DNA of 37,509 bases, from positions 1-37,509 of the IMG/VR virus record IMGVR_UViG_3300048598_000519. One strand, given 5' to 3'. Of the stretch, positions 9,110 through 17,876 are shown piece after piece. This stretch comes from a virus (lineage: Duplodnaviria; Caudoviricetes). Both the position numbers and the translations under genes were made by a program. The notes beneath the pieces were generated by a model that saw nothing but the letters and a program-made list of their open reading frames with translations, made no database searches and had not been told where the DNA came from. The number at the start of each line of letters is the position of its first letter. The stretch's first letter is position 1.

Positions 9110-11320
9110 TTACTGCTGCGGTCTGACCAAGGTAACGTTGCCTGGATACCTGTTTTCTCCGAGTTCGTCGTCGTGCATCACTTGGGTCATCAGTCCTGCA
9201 CCTGTTATGGTACCGCCTGCTTTTGTAAATGTTATAGCCCATAAAAACTCATAGTAGGTTGCGTCAGTACCATTTTTCCCTTCTGACCAGCTGATTGTAT
9301 TTCCGGACAGGGTATAGGTATATATCTTTCCCTTGCCCTCGTCTTTAACAGTTCCGCCTGAATCACCGGAAGGCGTCAGCGTAAACTCATTACCTATATC
9401 TGCAACAGCATCATTAAGCCGTATGACGCCTTTACACCACCATGTGCCCGCAAGGTCTGCATTGGTCAATACAGTGTCGATCGTCATATACGCGCATGTG
9501 CCGGTGTCACCGCGTACCACCCGAACAAATACCGGTTCATTTTGAACGGTGATCTGCCAAACGGCGCTGCCTCCGGCTGCAACGTTCTGCGTTGTTTCTC
9601 CAGTCATGCTGTGGGAACCCGTTACTTCGATCTTTACGCTTGTACTTCCGCTCTTGGCATTCGGAATGATTGCTGTGAGGGTAAAATCTTTGGGGCCGCC
9701 GGCGGCAGTTAGATTGACTGCGCTCATATCCAGCAGTTGCTGCAAGGAGTAAGGCTCCAATGCTGGTTTCTGATTCGCGCGCATATCGTTGATGGCCTGC
9801 AGCACCGCTTTGTCCACCTTCAGCAGTTTTCCCCCAATCTCAGGCGGTATCGGCACAGTTTTGCCATCCATCGTTACTTCCTGGTCGGCGCTACCTGTCA
9901 GTAGTGCTTTGATACCCTCGGCGTTCAGTTTGGGATTGATTGCCTGCAGCAGTGCGACGGTGGCCGTGACCTGCGGAGTCGCATAACTGGTTCCGCTGGA
10001 TTTGATAGGATTGCCATCCTTGCCCACGCCTAAAACCAAATCCGTACCCGGCGCTGAAAGCGTTATTTCAGCATCAGCAGTAGCTGCAAAGTTGGAAAAC
10101 TCAGCCCGGCTTCCGTCATTGTTTACAGCACCAACGGTGATTACATTAGGTAGTTTAATTCCCCCAGGATAAAAGTTGTTACCGTCCAGGCCGCCCCTGC
10201 TTTTATCTGCCAACCCTCCATTGCCTGCAGCAGTTACAAATACGACTTTTGGATTTTTCGAGTAAATATATTTGAAGAATTTCTCATAAGCTTTGTTGAT
10301 CCATTGGTTAGTCCTGGGCAAATCCGAACCAAAGGAGCAATTGATAACCGTAGCACCGTTGTCCACCTGCTGCTTCAAATAAACCAGAGATTTTATCGTG
10401 AATGCATATCCTGATGTTGAATACTCGCCTTTCGTGATATCATCTGAACTTGAGAGTGCAGGTTTTATTTCTCTCTCGTTGTCATACAGATTTTTTACGG
10501 AAATGTTCAAATCCTCTCCCAATATGCTTGCAATACCTGTCACGCCGCCGTTTTCAGGATCGGCACCGATGATATGTGTCACAAGCGTACCATGCGACAT
10601 TCCAGCGTGTATTTCTTGCCCATTACTATCAGTTAAAGGAACATTGGTTTTATCTCCATTGAGCTTTATTTTACCGTTCAATTCGTTTGATCCGGTATAG
10701 ATTGAATCGTCCAACATACCAACATTGACCTTGTTTAAGTCAATGCCGCTGGCCTTGATGATTCGCCACGCGTTTTCCATTCCGATCATTTGGTATGATT
10801 TTGAGTTATTAGGATTTTCAAATATTTGATCATTCAGCGGTGAGCAAGGTTTTCCCTCAATATCCATCAGATAGACTTCTGCATTTGGGAACACCAACTC
10901 CACACCGTCCATTACGCGTGCTGCGTCCATCGCGGCAGTCAGTTCCGCTTCTGTAGTAAATGCGGTTTCCAGTTGGTACAGGTTTATGATATCCAGTTCG
11001 CCTACAACAATGCCGCCTATTTGTTTAAGCACACCTGCGGCTGTGTCCCTGTCAACGCCATCTTCAAAGACCACGGCCATCTGATTTACGGCGATATTGC
11101 CCCACTTTTCCGTGGCAACAACGGATTTAGGTTCAGGATCTTTAAATGTCGCAGTTGACGTCGGTACAGGCGTTTTATCAGGCTTCGTGTCAAATCCCCA
11201 AAGATTACCCGCTTTTGATGCATCCGCTTTTGATCCGTCCGCATTAGTAATATCAGCCGAACATGCCAGCAGCGTAAAGATTAAGCATAAAACCAGAACG
11301 AGTGATACTATTTTTTTCAT
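9110..11320 (-). CDS. S8 family (subtilisin-like) serine protease, predicted lipoprotein
   Basis: Lipobox LLAC. Catalytic Asp (VGMLDD), His (HGTLV), oxyanion Asn (AAGNG) and Ser (SGTSYATPQV). Confidence 0.9.
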   Translation of the reverse strand: MKKIVSLVLVLCLIFTLLACSADITNADGSKADASKAGNLWGFDTKPDKTPVPTSTATFKDPEPKSVVATEKWGNIAVNQMAVVFEDGVDRDTAAGVLKQIGGIVVGELDIINLYQLETAFTTEAELTAAMDAARVMDGVELVFPNAEVYLMDIEGKPCSPLNDQIFENPNNSKSYQMIGMENAWRIIKASGIDLNKVNVGMLDDSIYTGSNELNGKIKLNGDKTNVPLTDSNGQEIHAGMSHGTLVTHIIGADPENGGVTGIASILGEDLNISVKNLYDNEREIKPALSSSDDITKGEYSTSGYAFTIKSLVYLKQQVDNGATVINCSFGSDLPRTNQWINKAYEKFFKYIYSKNPKVVFVTAAGNGGLADKSRGGLDGNNFYPGGIKLPNVITVGAVNNDGSRAEFSNFAATADAEITLSAPGTDLVLGVGKDGNPIKSSGTSYATPQVTATVALLQAINPKLNAEGIKALLTGSADQEVTMDGKTVPIPPEIGGKLLKVDKAVLQAINDMRANQKPALEPYSLQQLLDMSAVNLTAAGGPKDFTLTAIIPNAKSGSTSVKIEVTGSHSMTGETTQNVAAGGSAVWQITVQNEPVFVRVVRGDTGTCAYMTIDTVLTNADLAGTWWCKGVIRLNDAVADIGNEFTLTPSGDSGGTVKDEGKGKIYTYTLSGNTISWSEGKNGTDATYYEFLWAITFTKAGGTITGAGLMTQVMHDDELGENRYPGNVTLVRPQQ

Positions 11321-11404
11321 GATTAACCTCCATAATCTTTAGTCAATCTCAAGAGTCCCAATTACGATAAACCGACTATTGATCAAAACCCAATATGTGC
11401 TGTG

Positions 11405-12259
11405 TCAATATGTTTTATCCCCGCTCTTATCATGCACAAGCATTTTCCCATCTTTTATAAATATAAATGTATCCCCTTTTTTTGCGAATTCTTCTGTAAT
11501 TGCGTTATTTTTAAATATAGATTCAGGTTTCACATCTGCTTTCTGTACACTATAGCTTGTAATATTGGTATCGTCAAAAAATCCGCTGATTAAGTCATTA
11601 CCTTTTTGTGCAACTTCATAATATTGAAAAGCATAGCCGGTGCCGGATTTAACATACTCAAAAAACACAATCTCATTGCCCGCTTCATCCAACACCGAAG
11701 TTTGAATTGAATCTGCAGAAACATCATACTCAGCAATAAATTTAAAAGCCTTACCTTCTTTATCGGAATATGTTAAAACATTTTTATTGCCTTCCTTGCC
11801 CAGCTTTACATTCTTCTTACCTAATATGCCAAGGGCTACGGCCGCTCCAGCTTCATCCGTATCAATAATAGTCAAGGGAAGCAATTCCAGATCAATCGTT
11901 GCAACAGATAGAAACGTTAAGGCAAGCAAGCCTAATTCCGGGTTGCTTTGAAATTTTTCTTCGAAGCGTTTATACGCGTTTGCTTTCATTTTAGTATACT
12001 TTTCATAAGAAGCAGCAATTGCTCCCTTAGCGTTTTCTTTATTTGATATTTCCGGGGATACGCTCGAGGCCGTTTGATTGTTTGACTCTAAAGGGCTTTC
12101 AGAGGGGCTCTCGGGTTTGTTCGAATCAAAAAACCCTTTGGAATCGGAAAGTTTTTCAGTTGTTTGTGGTTTTGTGTCCGGCGCTTTCGGCGTGGTGCAA
12201 GCTGTGAGAAAAGCGAATAAAAACAATAATATTAGTCCAATACAAATTGTTTTTTTCAT
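11405..12259 (-). CDS. Lipoprotein of unknown function
   Basis: Signal peptide II with lipobox LTAC, S/P/T-rich linker, AT-rich coding. Confidence 0.8.
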   Translation of the reverse strand: MKKTICIGLILLFLFAFLTACTTPKAPDTKPQTTEKLSDSKGFFDSNKPESPSESPLESNNQTASSVSPEISNKENAKGAIAASYEKYTKMKANAYKRFEEKFQSNPELGLLALTFLSVATIDLELLPLTIIDTDEAGAAVALGILGKKNVKLGKEGNKNVLTYSDKEGKAFKFIAEYDVSADSIQTSVLDEAGNEIVFFEYVKSGTGYAFQYYEVAQKGNDLISGFFDDTNITSYSVQKADVKPESIFKNNAITEEFAKKGDTFIFIKDGKMLVHDKSGDKTY

Positions 12260-12435
12260 TATTAATCATTCCTTTCATCTTCTGATTTATGGTTTAAACC
12301 CTATACATGATACAGGGACCGTGCTGGGTGCCTGGAGGGTATTCGCTGCTGGTAAACGCGCAGGACTCTGCGCTGTGCCTGTTTTAGAGTAATTTTTGCA
12401 TCGAAATATTGAATAAATAATTGTTTCATATTTTA

Positions 12436-12464
12436 ACTATACGCTTATCCCATATATTTTTCAA
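12436..12464 (-). promoter_or_regulatory. SigA-type promoter of the lipoprotein/subtilase moron
   Basis: TTGAAA-17 nt-TATAGT just downstream of the TMP stop. Confidence 0.7.
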
Positions 12465-12478
12465 TATATCCATTGTCT

Positions 12479-15097
12479 TTAATATGCCAAGCCAAGTTTA
12501 CGGTTGACTACATTCACCAGCATATTGATCTGGCCTTCATCCAGTGTATTGGTTTGGATGTTCAGCGTTATAGTGTTTCCGGCCAGGGGCTGACTTCGTT
12601 CATATTGTCCGCTCATAGAAATATCCGCTTTGGCACCTTCCACAGCGGCATTCAGCCTCTCCATCGCACGGTCTACCAGCGATACACTGTCGGTGATGCC
12701 TTCAGCGAGGCCTATCCCCATGTTCTTTCCGATCCCGGCAAACACAAGTGACGGCGAATGGATCCCCAGCAGCTTTTTGATACCTTCTACGATACCCGTA
12801 AAGAATCCGGATATCTTTTTCCATAGCCAGTCCGCACCGGATTTGATCCCTTCCCAGATGCCTTTTAAGAAATCCCATGCCAGTTCTCCGGCTCTTTTTA
12901 TCAGGTTCCATGCCGCTTCGCCGATACCTTTGATCAGCGCCCAGATGATCTCAATGCCTGCCTGAACGATGAGCGGGAGGTTGTCAATAATGGCCTGCAC
13001 GATCTGAGGTATCATATCGATCACGCCTTGGATCAGCTGCGGCAATGCGTCGATGATACCCCGGATGACAGCCAGCGTGATTTCAATGCCCGCCTGTATG
13101 ATCTTCGGAAGATTATCTATGATGGCTCTAACTATTTGAGGTATCATGCCGATGATACAGTCGATCAGCTGCGGCAAAGCGTTAATGATGCCCAGTATCA
13201 ATGCCAGCAATATTTGTATGCCCGCCTCGATGATCTGCGGAAGATTCTCAACGATAGCCCTTACCACCATCGGTATCATATCGATGATGGCCTGTATCAA
13301 AACCGGCAAAGAAGCTACAATTCCGTTAATAATGGCCAATAATATTTGCATACCCGCTTCAATGATCAGCGGCAGGCTGTCCAAAATAGCCTGAACCAGC
13401 ATAGGGATCATATTGATAATCGCTATAATGAGAACCGGGATGTTGTCCATAATGCCCTGCACCAAAGCCAACAAAAGCTGAAGCCCGGCATTGATGATCA
13501 GCGGAAGGTTCTGTATAACTGTCTCCAGAATCTGCATAATGGCTGTTACAATAGCCGGTATCAGTTGCGGAATGCTCTGGGTGATACCCTGAATCAGGGC
13601 AATCAATATTTGTATTCCTGCCGCTATCATGACAGGAAGGCTTTTTAATATTGTCCCGGCGACCTGCGACAGCATCTCTACGGCCATCTTCGCCAATGCC
13701 GGAGCGCTCTTAGCGATGGCACTGACGATGCTTTCAAATACGCCGAGCGCAGCTGACAGCAAAGCGGGCAATACTTGCGGCAGGCTCTCGATAACGGCTC
13801 CTGCCAGGCTTCCGATTATCTTCGCTCCCTGGTGTGCAAGCTGCGGCAAGGCATTGGTGATCCGTCCGCCGATATCCATCAGCATCGCAGATATGCCGTC
13901 TCCCACCTTGTCCCAATTCCCGGTTTGTATTGCCTTCGTTACTGACGTGGCCACATTGCGGAGGTTGTCCGCAAGGGCTCCCAGGGCAGGCGCCATCGCC
14001 GTTCCGAGTGTCTGTGAAAGCGCCGTGCCCGTTGCTTTGAGCCGCTGCATTTTATCATCGAAATCCCCGAGCCTTGTAACGGTTTCATCACCCAGCACTA
14101 CACCGAAATTGTTGGCTTCATCGGCAAGTTTTGAAAGCTCATCCGCTCCTGCCGCGATCAGGGGGTTGAGTTCCTTGGCGTTTTTCCCGAACAACTGCAT
14201 CGCCAGCGCGTCGCGTTCGGTTTCATTGGTTACCTTTCCCAGCGCCCCGATGGTATCGAGCCATACCTGTTTGCTGTTTTTCAGGCTTCCGTCCGCATTG
14301 GTTGCACTGATTCCCAGCGTTTTAAACGCATCCGCCTGTTTGCCGGTACCTTCCCTTGCTGCGTCCATGCTTTTTGTCAGCTTGAACATGGAGTCTGTCA
14401 TGGTTTCAAGAGGGACGTCAACAAACCGGGCGGCGTATTCCATTTCCTGCAGCGTTTTGGTGCTGATTCCCGTTTTATTGGAAAGTGTGATGAGTTCATC
14501 CGCAGCATCACCGGCACCGATAGTGATCTTTAAGATACCGGCACCGGTTGCTGCTGCCGCAGCACCCACTGCAGCAATACCAACTGCAGCAGCCTTTCCG
14601 ATGCCTCCCGCGATGCCGGAAAGCGCGCCCGAAAACTTATGTGTCTTCTCGCCAGCGGCTTCCATGTCCCGGCCTGCGGCCTGCGCTTTATCCCCGATAT
14701 CCGCAATCTTACCGTCAGTGCCTTCAGCAGCCGCTTTTAAATCTGAAAGCCCCTGTTCAAACTTCTTGATTTCGCCTTCAGCTTTGGCGACCTCGCGGGT
14801 AAAGGCGCGGTACTGCTCGTCCGTGATTTTTCCTTCGGCGAACTGCAGCTCGACCTGTGCCTGCGCCCCGCGTAAGCTGTCCAGTTTTTCTCTCGCGTTG
14901 GTGACCGCTTTGGCGAGCAGTTCCTGTTTCTGTGCGATGACATCCATATTCCCGGGGTTTAATTTCAGGAGGTTTTCAACCTGGCGAAGTTCATTTTGGA
15001 GGCTTCTGGACCGCCTATTTACATCTTCGAGGGCTTTGGATAAAGCCGTAGTGTTCGCACCGATTTCGATGGTGATGCCTTTAATTGTTGCAGCCAA
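12479..15097 (-). CDS. Tail tape measure protein
   Basis: IKGITIEIG start, Ala-rich helical body, LP-periodic amphipathic repeats, GIHSPS end. TTG start after GAGGAGG. Confidence 0.93.
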   Translation of the reverse strand: MAATIKGITIEIGANTTALSKALEDVNRRSRSLQNELRQVENLLKLNPGNMDVIAQKQELLAKAVTNAREKLDSLRGAQAQVELQFAEGKITDEQYRAFTREVAKAEGEIKKFEQGLSDLKAAAEGTDGKIADIGDKAQAAGRDMEAAGEKTHKFSGALSGIAGGIGKAAAVGIAAVGAAAAATGAGILKITIGAGDAADELITLSNKTGISTKTLQEMEYAARFVDVPLETMTDSMFKLTKSMDAAREGTGKQADAFKTLGISATNADGSLKNSKQVWLDTIGALGKVTNETERDALAMQLFGKNAKELNPLIAAGADELSKLADEANNFGVVLGDETVTRLGDFDDKMQRLKATGTALSQTLGTAMAPALGALADNLRNVATSVTKAIQTGNWDKVGDGISAMLMDIGGRITNALPQLAHQGAKIIGSLAGAVIESLPQVLPALLSAALGVFESIVSAIAKSAPALAKMAVEMLSQVAGTILKSLPVMIAAGIQILIALIQGITQSIPQLIPAIVTAIMQILETVIQNLPLIINAGLQLLLALVQGIMDNIPVLIIAIINMIPMLVQAILDSLPLIIEAGMQILLAIINGIVASLPVLIQAIIDMIPMVVRAIVENLPQIIEAGIQILLALILGIINALPQLIDCIIGMIPQIVRAIIDNLPKIIQAGIEITLAVIRGIIDALPQLIQGVIDMIPQIVQAIIDNLPLIVQAGIEIIWALIKGIGEAAWNLIKRAGELAWDFLKGIWEGIKSGADWLWKKISGFFTGIVEGIKKLLGIHSPSLVFAGIGKNMGIGLAEGITDSVSLVDRAMERLNAAVEGAKADISMSGQYERSQPLAGNTITLNIQTNTLDEGQINMLVNVVNRKLGLAY

Positions 15098-15113
15098 ATG
15101 AAATACCTCCTCT

Positions 15114-15329
15114 CTATAGCGCCAACATGTCGATATCCCGCTGCGCAGCTTCTTTGGTTGTGCCTTTTGCTTCTGTCAAAAAACCGATATACGAAAGCAA
15201 GTCGGAAAACGTCATCTCATCCAACTCAAGGATTGAAAGCCCTGCCGACTTGCCTAAATACAGAGCATCGCGCCAGTCTATATGTTTTGAATCTCCCTGG
15301 GCTTCGCTACGCCCAGCATAAGAAAAAAA
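15114..15329 (-). CDS. Tail assembly chaperone gpGT extension (reached by -1 frameshift)
   Basis: The -1 frame is open from slippery T TTT TTT (15329-15323) to TAG at 15114: ...GLSILELDEMTFSDLLSYI...AAQRDIDMLAL. Confidence 0.8.
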   Translation of the reverse strand, partial: FFSYAGRSEAQGDSKHIDWRDALYLGKSAGLSILELDEMTFSDLLSYIGFLTEAKGTTKEAAQRDIDMLAL

Positions 15330-15694
15330 TTATCGTTCACCAGTTCCATGACTGTTTTGGATGCCTCAACCGCATCATACTCTTCCAGCTCGTCCCACCA
15401 TTCCTCAAACGGCAGTATGCTTTTGTTGGCGGCGTACGCAAACGTCCACAGCATCCTGCGGATGATGGCGCTGAACTCGAATATGTTCGTCTTCTGTAAA
15501 ACATCGAGCGCGTTCGTGCTGTCAATCCCGCTAAACTCGCCCTGCAGCTTTTCCATATCCGCCAGCCGTTTTAAATCCGTCTGAAAATCCGGTATGTCTT
15601 CACCTTTCAGGCGGGCATTCCGGTAATAGAACAGGAAGTTGGCCGAAGGCTTTAACAAAATATCCTGTCCGTTGATTTTAATCACTCTTTGCAT
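15278..15694 (-). CDS. Tail assembly chaperone gpG
   Basis: Between MTP and TMP; PFEEWWDEL motif; slippery heptamer near its 3' end. Confidence 0.82.
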   Translation of the reverse strand: MQRVIKINGQDILLKPSANFLFYYRNARLKGEDIPDFQTDLKRLADMEKLQGEFSGIDSTNALDVLQKTNIFEFSAIIRRMLWTFAYAANKSILPFEEWWDELEEYDAVEASKTVMELVNDNFFLMLGVAKPREIQNI

Positions 15695-15706
15695 TTAAGC
15701 TCCTCC

Positions 15707-16267
15707 TTACGGCGTAGGCGCCGCGAATTCATATACCGAAGTATAGAAACCGGTATAGGCGGTTTCATTGAGCGCGGATTTAACCAGCACCGCCTTCACC
15801 ATCCCGTCGTCAGGCCTTGGCGCGGCCACAAACGAAAAGGTGTCCGTCGTAGGTTCAATCGTCCCCTTAACGCTTGAAGCGTCCACATTGGGGCGCGAGG
15901 CGAGGCATTCGTAAAACACAAACCGCCTTGGCTGAAGGTCTCCCTGGACTTCAAACATCAGTGCAAATGGTGTTTGGGAAGCGTCCATATGCTCAAAAAG
16001 GGCGCCGTTGTTATCCTCTGTAAATCCCAGGCAGTCTTTTAAAAAGGATGCGGGAATATCCGCAATGGTCATCTCCCCTTCATACCCCTGGTTGGCGTCT
16101 TTGGTGAAATAGGGCACGTCGTCGGCGAAGAACTCCGCGCGTTCCCCCTTTGGTTTTAAAGTTAAGGATACCTGCCCGGGAAATGCCACGGGCGCGGCAT
16201 AGCCTGTCGTAATTTTCTTGGCGTAATGGGCATTGCGAAGCCCGAACTTTACTTTATTGTCCGGCAT
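15707..16267 (-). CDS. Major tail protein (phi13-like family)
   Basis: NKVKFGLRNAHYA, FFADD, GYEGEM and FALMFEVQGD motifs. Confidence 0.9.
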   Translation of the reverse strand: MPDNKVKFGLRNAHYAKKITTGYAAPVAFPGQVSLTLKPKGERAEFFADDVPYFTKDANQGYEGEMTIADIPASFLKDCLGFTEDNNGALFEHMDASQTPFALMFEVQGDLQPRRFVFYECLASRPNVDASSVKGTIEPTTDTFSFVAAPRPDDGMVKAVLVKSALNETAYTGFYTSVYEFAAPTP

Positions 16268-16270
16268 GTT

Positions 16271-16588
16271 TTAACCTCCGATCAGTTGAATTTCATAGAT
16301 GATTTGTATAAGCTTTTCGCTTTCTATATAGCTCTCCGTCTTGTCGTAAATAAGGCCGTATTGATCAAAAATGCCCTCGAGCTTTGACTCAAGGGCAGTG
16401 TCTTTTTTATCCGTGTACAGCTCCGCCTGGTAGTTGTTTCGTTTTATGTATACTTTTGAGTCGGCGGTGAAGTTGCTGGAATGGGAGAAAACATAGACGA
16501 TATATGGCGGGGACTGCGCTTTTTTGAAGCTGCCCCGGGCAATCGGAACACCGGCTTCATCAAGCATCTGAGCCAGAAACGCGCTCAT
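16271..16588 (-). CDS. Tail terminator / completion protein
   Basis: PPYIVY...ELYTDKKD...ESYIESEKL; located just before the MTP. Confidence 0.75.
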   Translation of the reverse strand: MSAFLAQMLDEAGVPIARGSFKKAQSPPYIVYVFSHSSNFTADSKVYIKRNNYQAELYTDKKDTALESKLEGIFDQYGLIYDKTESYIESEKLIQIIYEIQLIGG

Positions 16589-16965
16589 CGTTTCAGCATC
16601 CTTTCGATCCTGCCTTCCATCTCCGAAAGCAGTTTATCGCAGGCCGGGCGGATATGCGGTTTGCCTGCCGTCCGGCCCCCGCCTTTTTTTGCGTGCCCGT
16701 ATTCAAGCAAATGGGTAAGGTAATACCGTTTCGGGTTGCAGACCACCTTTGCGTATCCTTCCTTTGAACGGGTATCGTCTCCCAGTTTCCGTACCGTCCA
16801 GCCTTTTGCGTATTCTCCGGTGTTTTTGGGCGCTGTGGCTTTTATTTCCTGCACCATTTCCTTTGCGGTGTTATCCACGAGCTGGGGAATATTTTCTTCC
16901 ACTTCTTTGGTATATTGCTGCATAGCATCCAGGATAGCATCGACAATGTGGTTGACATCCGTCAT
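16585..16965 (-). CDS. HK97 gp10-like protein
   Basis: APKNTG, HLLEYGH and PHIRPA motifs; ATG 16965 overlaps the upstream TGA. Confidence 0.85.
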   Translation of the reverse strand: MTDVNHIVDAILDAMQQYTKEVEENIPQLVDNTAKEMVQEIKATAPKNTGEYAKGWTVRKLGDDTRSKEGYAKVVCNPKRYYLTHLLEYGHAKKGGGRTAGKPHIRPACDKLLSEMEGRIERMLKR

Positions 16966-17282
16966 ATGACCGCCTCCCTGCACATTAAAATGAGCGAAAT
17001 ATTACGCTCCTCCGGATTGATTACGGACAGAATTTCATACACCACTTCATTAAAAACCACCCGCATATCTGGCGTAATGTCTTTCCGGCACCGCATCGTA
17101 ATTTTCACCGAAATATCCGCATTGACCTGTTTCGATGCAAAATACTCCCTGCCGGAAAGCGGTTCCACGCTCGCCCAGACTGTTGCGATATCCGTCCACG
17201 TCTCTGATTGCTGTTTTAATTCATCATCCGCAACAATTTTTTCTTGTATCGTTACCCTATGCCGCAAAATCCCGATTTTCAT
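16962..17282 (-). CDS. Head closure protein (SPP1 gp16-like)
   Basis: MKIGILRHRVTIQ, WASVEPLSGREYF. Confidence 0.88.
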   Translation of the reverse strand: MKIGILRHRVTIQEKIVADDELKQQSETWTDIATVWASVEPLSGREYFASKQVNADISVKITMRCRKDITPDMRVVFNEVVYEILSVINPEERNISLILMCREAVI

Positions 17283-17314
17283 TTTTTTCCCTCAGTTTCA
17301 GTACATTTAAACTG

Positions 17315-17590
17315 TTAAAATGCCTCGTTCCGGTATGAGAACAGCATACCCCGAAGTGTTTCCATAATGGAAACGATATTGAGGCTTTCCCGTTCTTCAT
17401 AAAACCGGGATACGGAATAAAAGACTGCGTGTTTCACCGGTTCTGGTATTTCCTCAAAATCAGAGAGCGGATATCGAAGGATACCCGTCACGATATCCTC
17501 CGCCACCCGTATAAAACTTTCGATAAGCGTGTCTTCTTCATTTGTATCCACCCGTATCCACTTTTTTGCTTCTTCCAATGTCATGATCAT
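17315..17590 (-). CDS. Head-tail connector (HK97 gp6-like)
   Basis: TLEEAKKWIRVD...EDTLI...FYEERE. Confidence 0.88.
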   Translation of the reverse strand: MIMTLEEAKKWIRVDTNEEDTLIESFIRVAEDIVTGILRYPLSDFEEIPEPVKHAVFYSVSRFYEERESLNIVSIMETLRGMLFSYRNEAF

Positions 17591-17611
17591 ACGCGCTCAC
17601 CTCTGTTTTCT

Positions 17612-17866
17612 CTATTCTGATGCCAGTATTCCGGCAGTACGTAGCGCGGCATACAAACCGTTGATTGCTGTCCGCAATGCCGCCGCATCTGCGCCTTCTG
17701 CTACATCGGCCTGCGCAGCGGCTGGCGCCGCGGTCAGTTTAGCGTCCAATATAGCCTTCAGCGTCTGGGCACCCAGTTTGATATGGGTGCCGTCGCTCAT
17801 TTCGATGGTACCGCCGATGATCCAGCGTTCACCGCCCTGTTCCATGTAGTTTTTTACATTACTCAT
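17612..17866 (-). CDS. Putative head fibre/decoration protein
   Basis: NYMEQGGERWIIGG and a C-terminal INGLYAALRTAG; directly after the MCP. Confidence 0.6.
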   Translation of the reverse strand: MSNVKNYMEQGGERWIIGGTIEMSDGTHIKLGAQTLKAILDAKLTAAPAAAQADVAEGADAAALRTAINGLYAALRTAGILASE

Positions 17867-17876
17867 ACCGGCCACC

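Noticed and set aside
12301-12312. CTATACATGATA shared with the zinc-ribbon promoter region (minus strand, about 24062-24073)
   Set aside because: Opposite orientation relative to the downstream genes and only two copies; cannot be distinguished from chance.
12313-12382. Self-cleaving ribozyme or fluoride riboswitch on the plus strand
   Set aside because: Hammerhead, twister, pistol and crcB core nucleotides are not all present, and the orientation is antisense to the adjacent gene.
12381-12397. GTTTTAGAG resembling a type II CRISPR repeat start
   Set aside because: Single occurrence, no repeat-spacer periodicity, no cas genes.
12900-13700. Periodic repeats in the TMP gene
   Set aside because: Ordinary amphipathic TMP protein repeats, not a DNA-level array.
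13629-15101. 490-aa plus-strand ORF
   Set aside because: Antisense shadow of the tape measure gene; Ser/Ala-rich with no recognisable motif.
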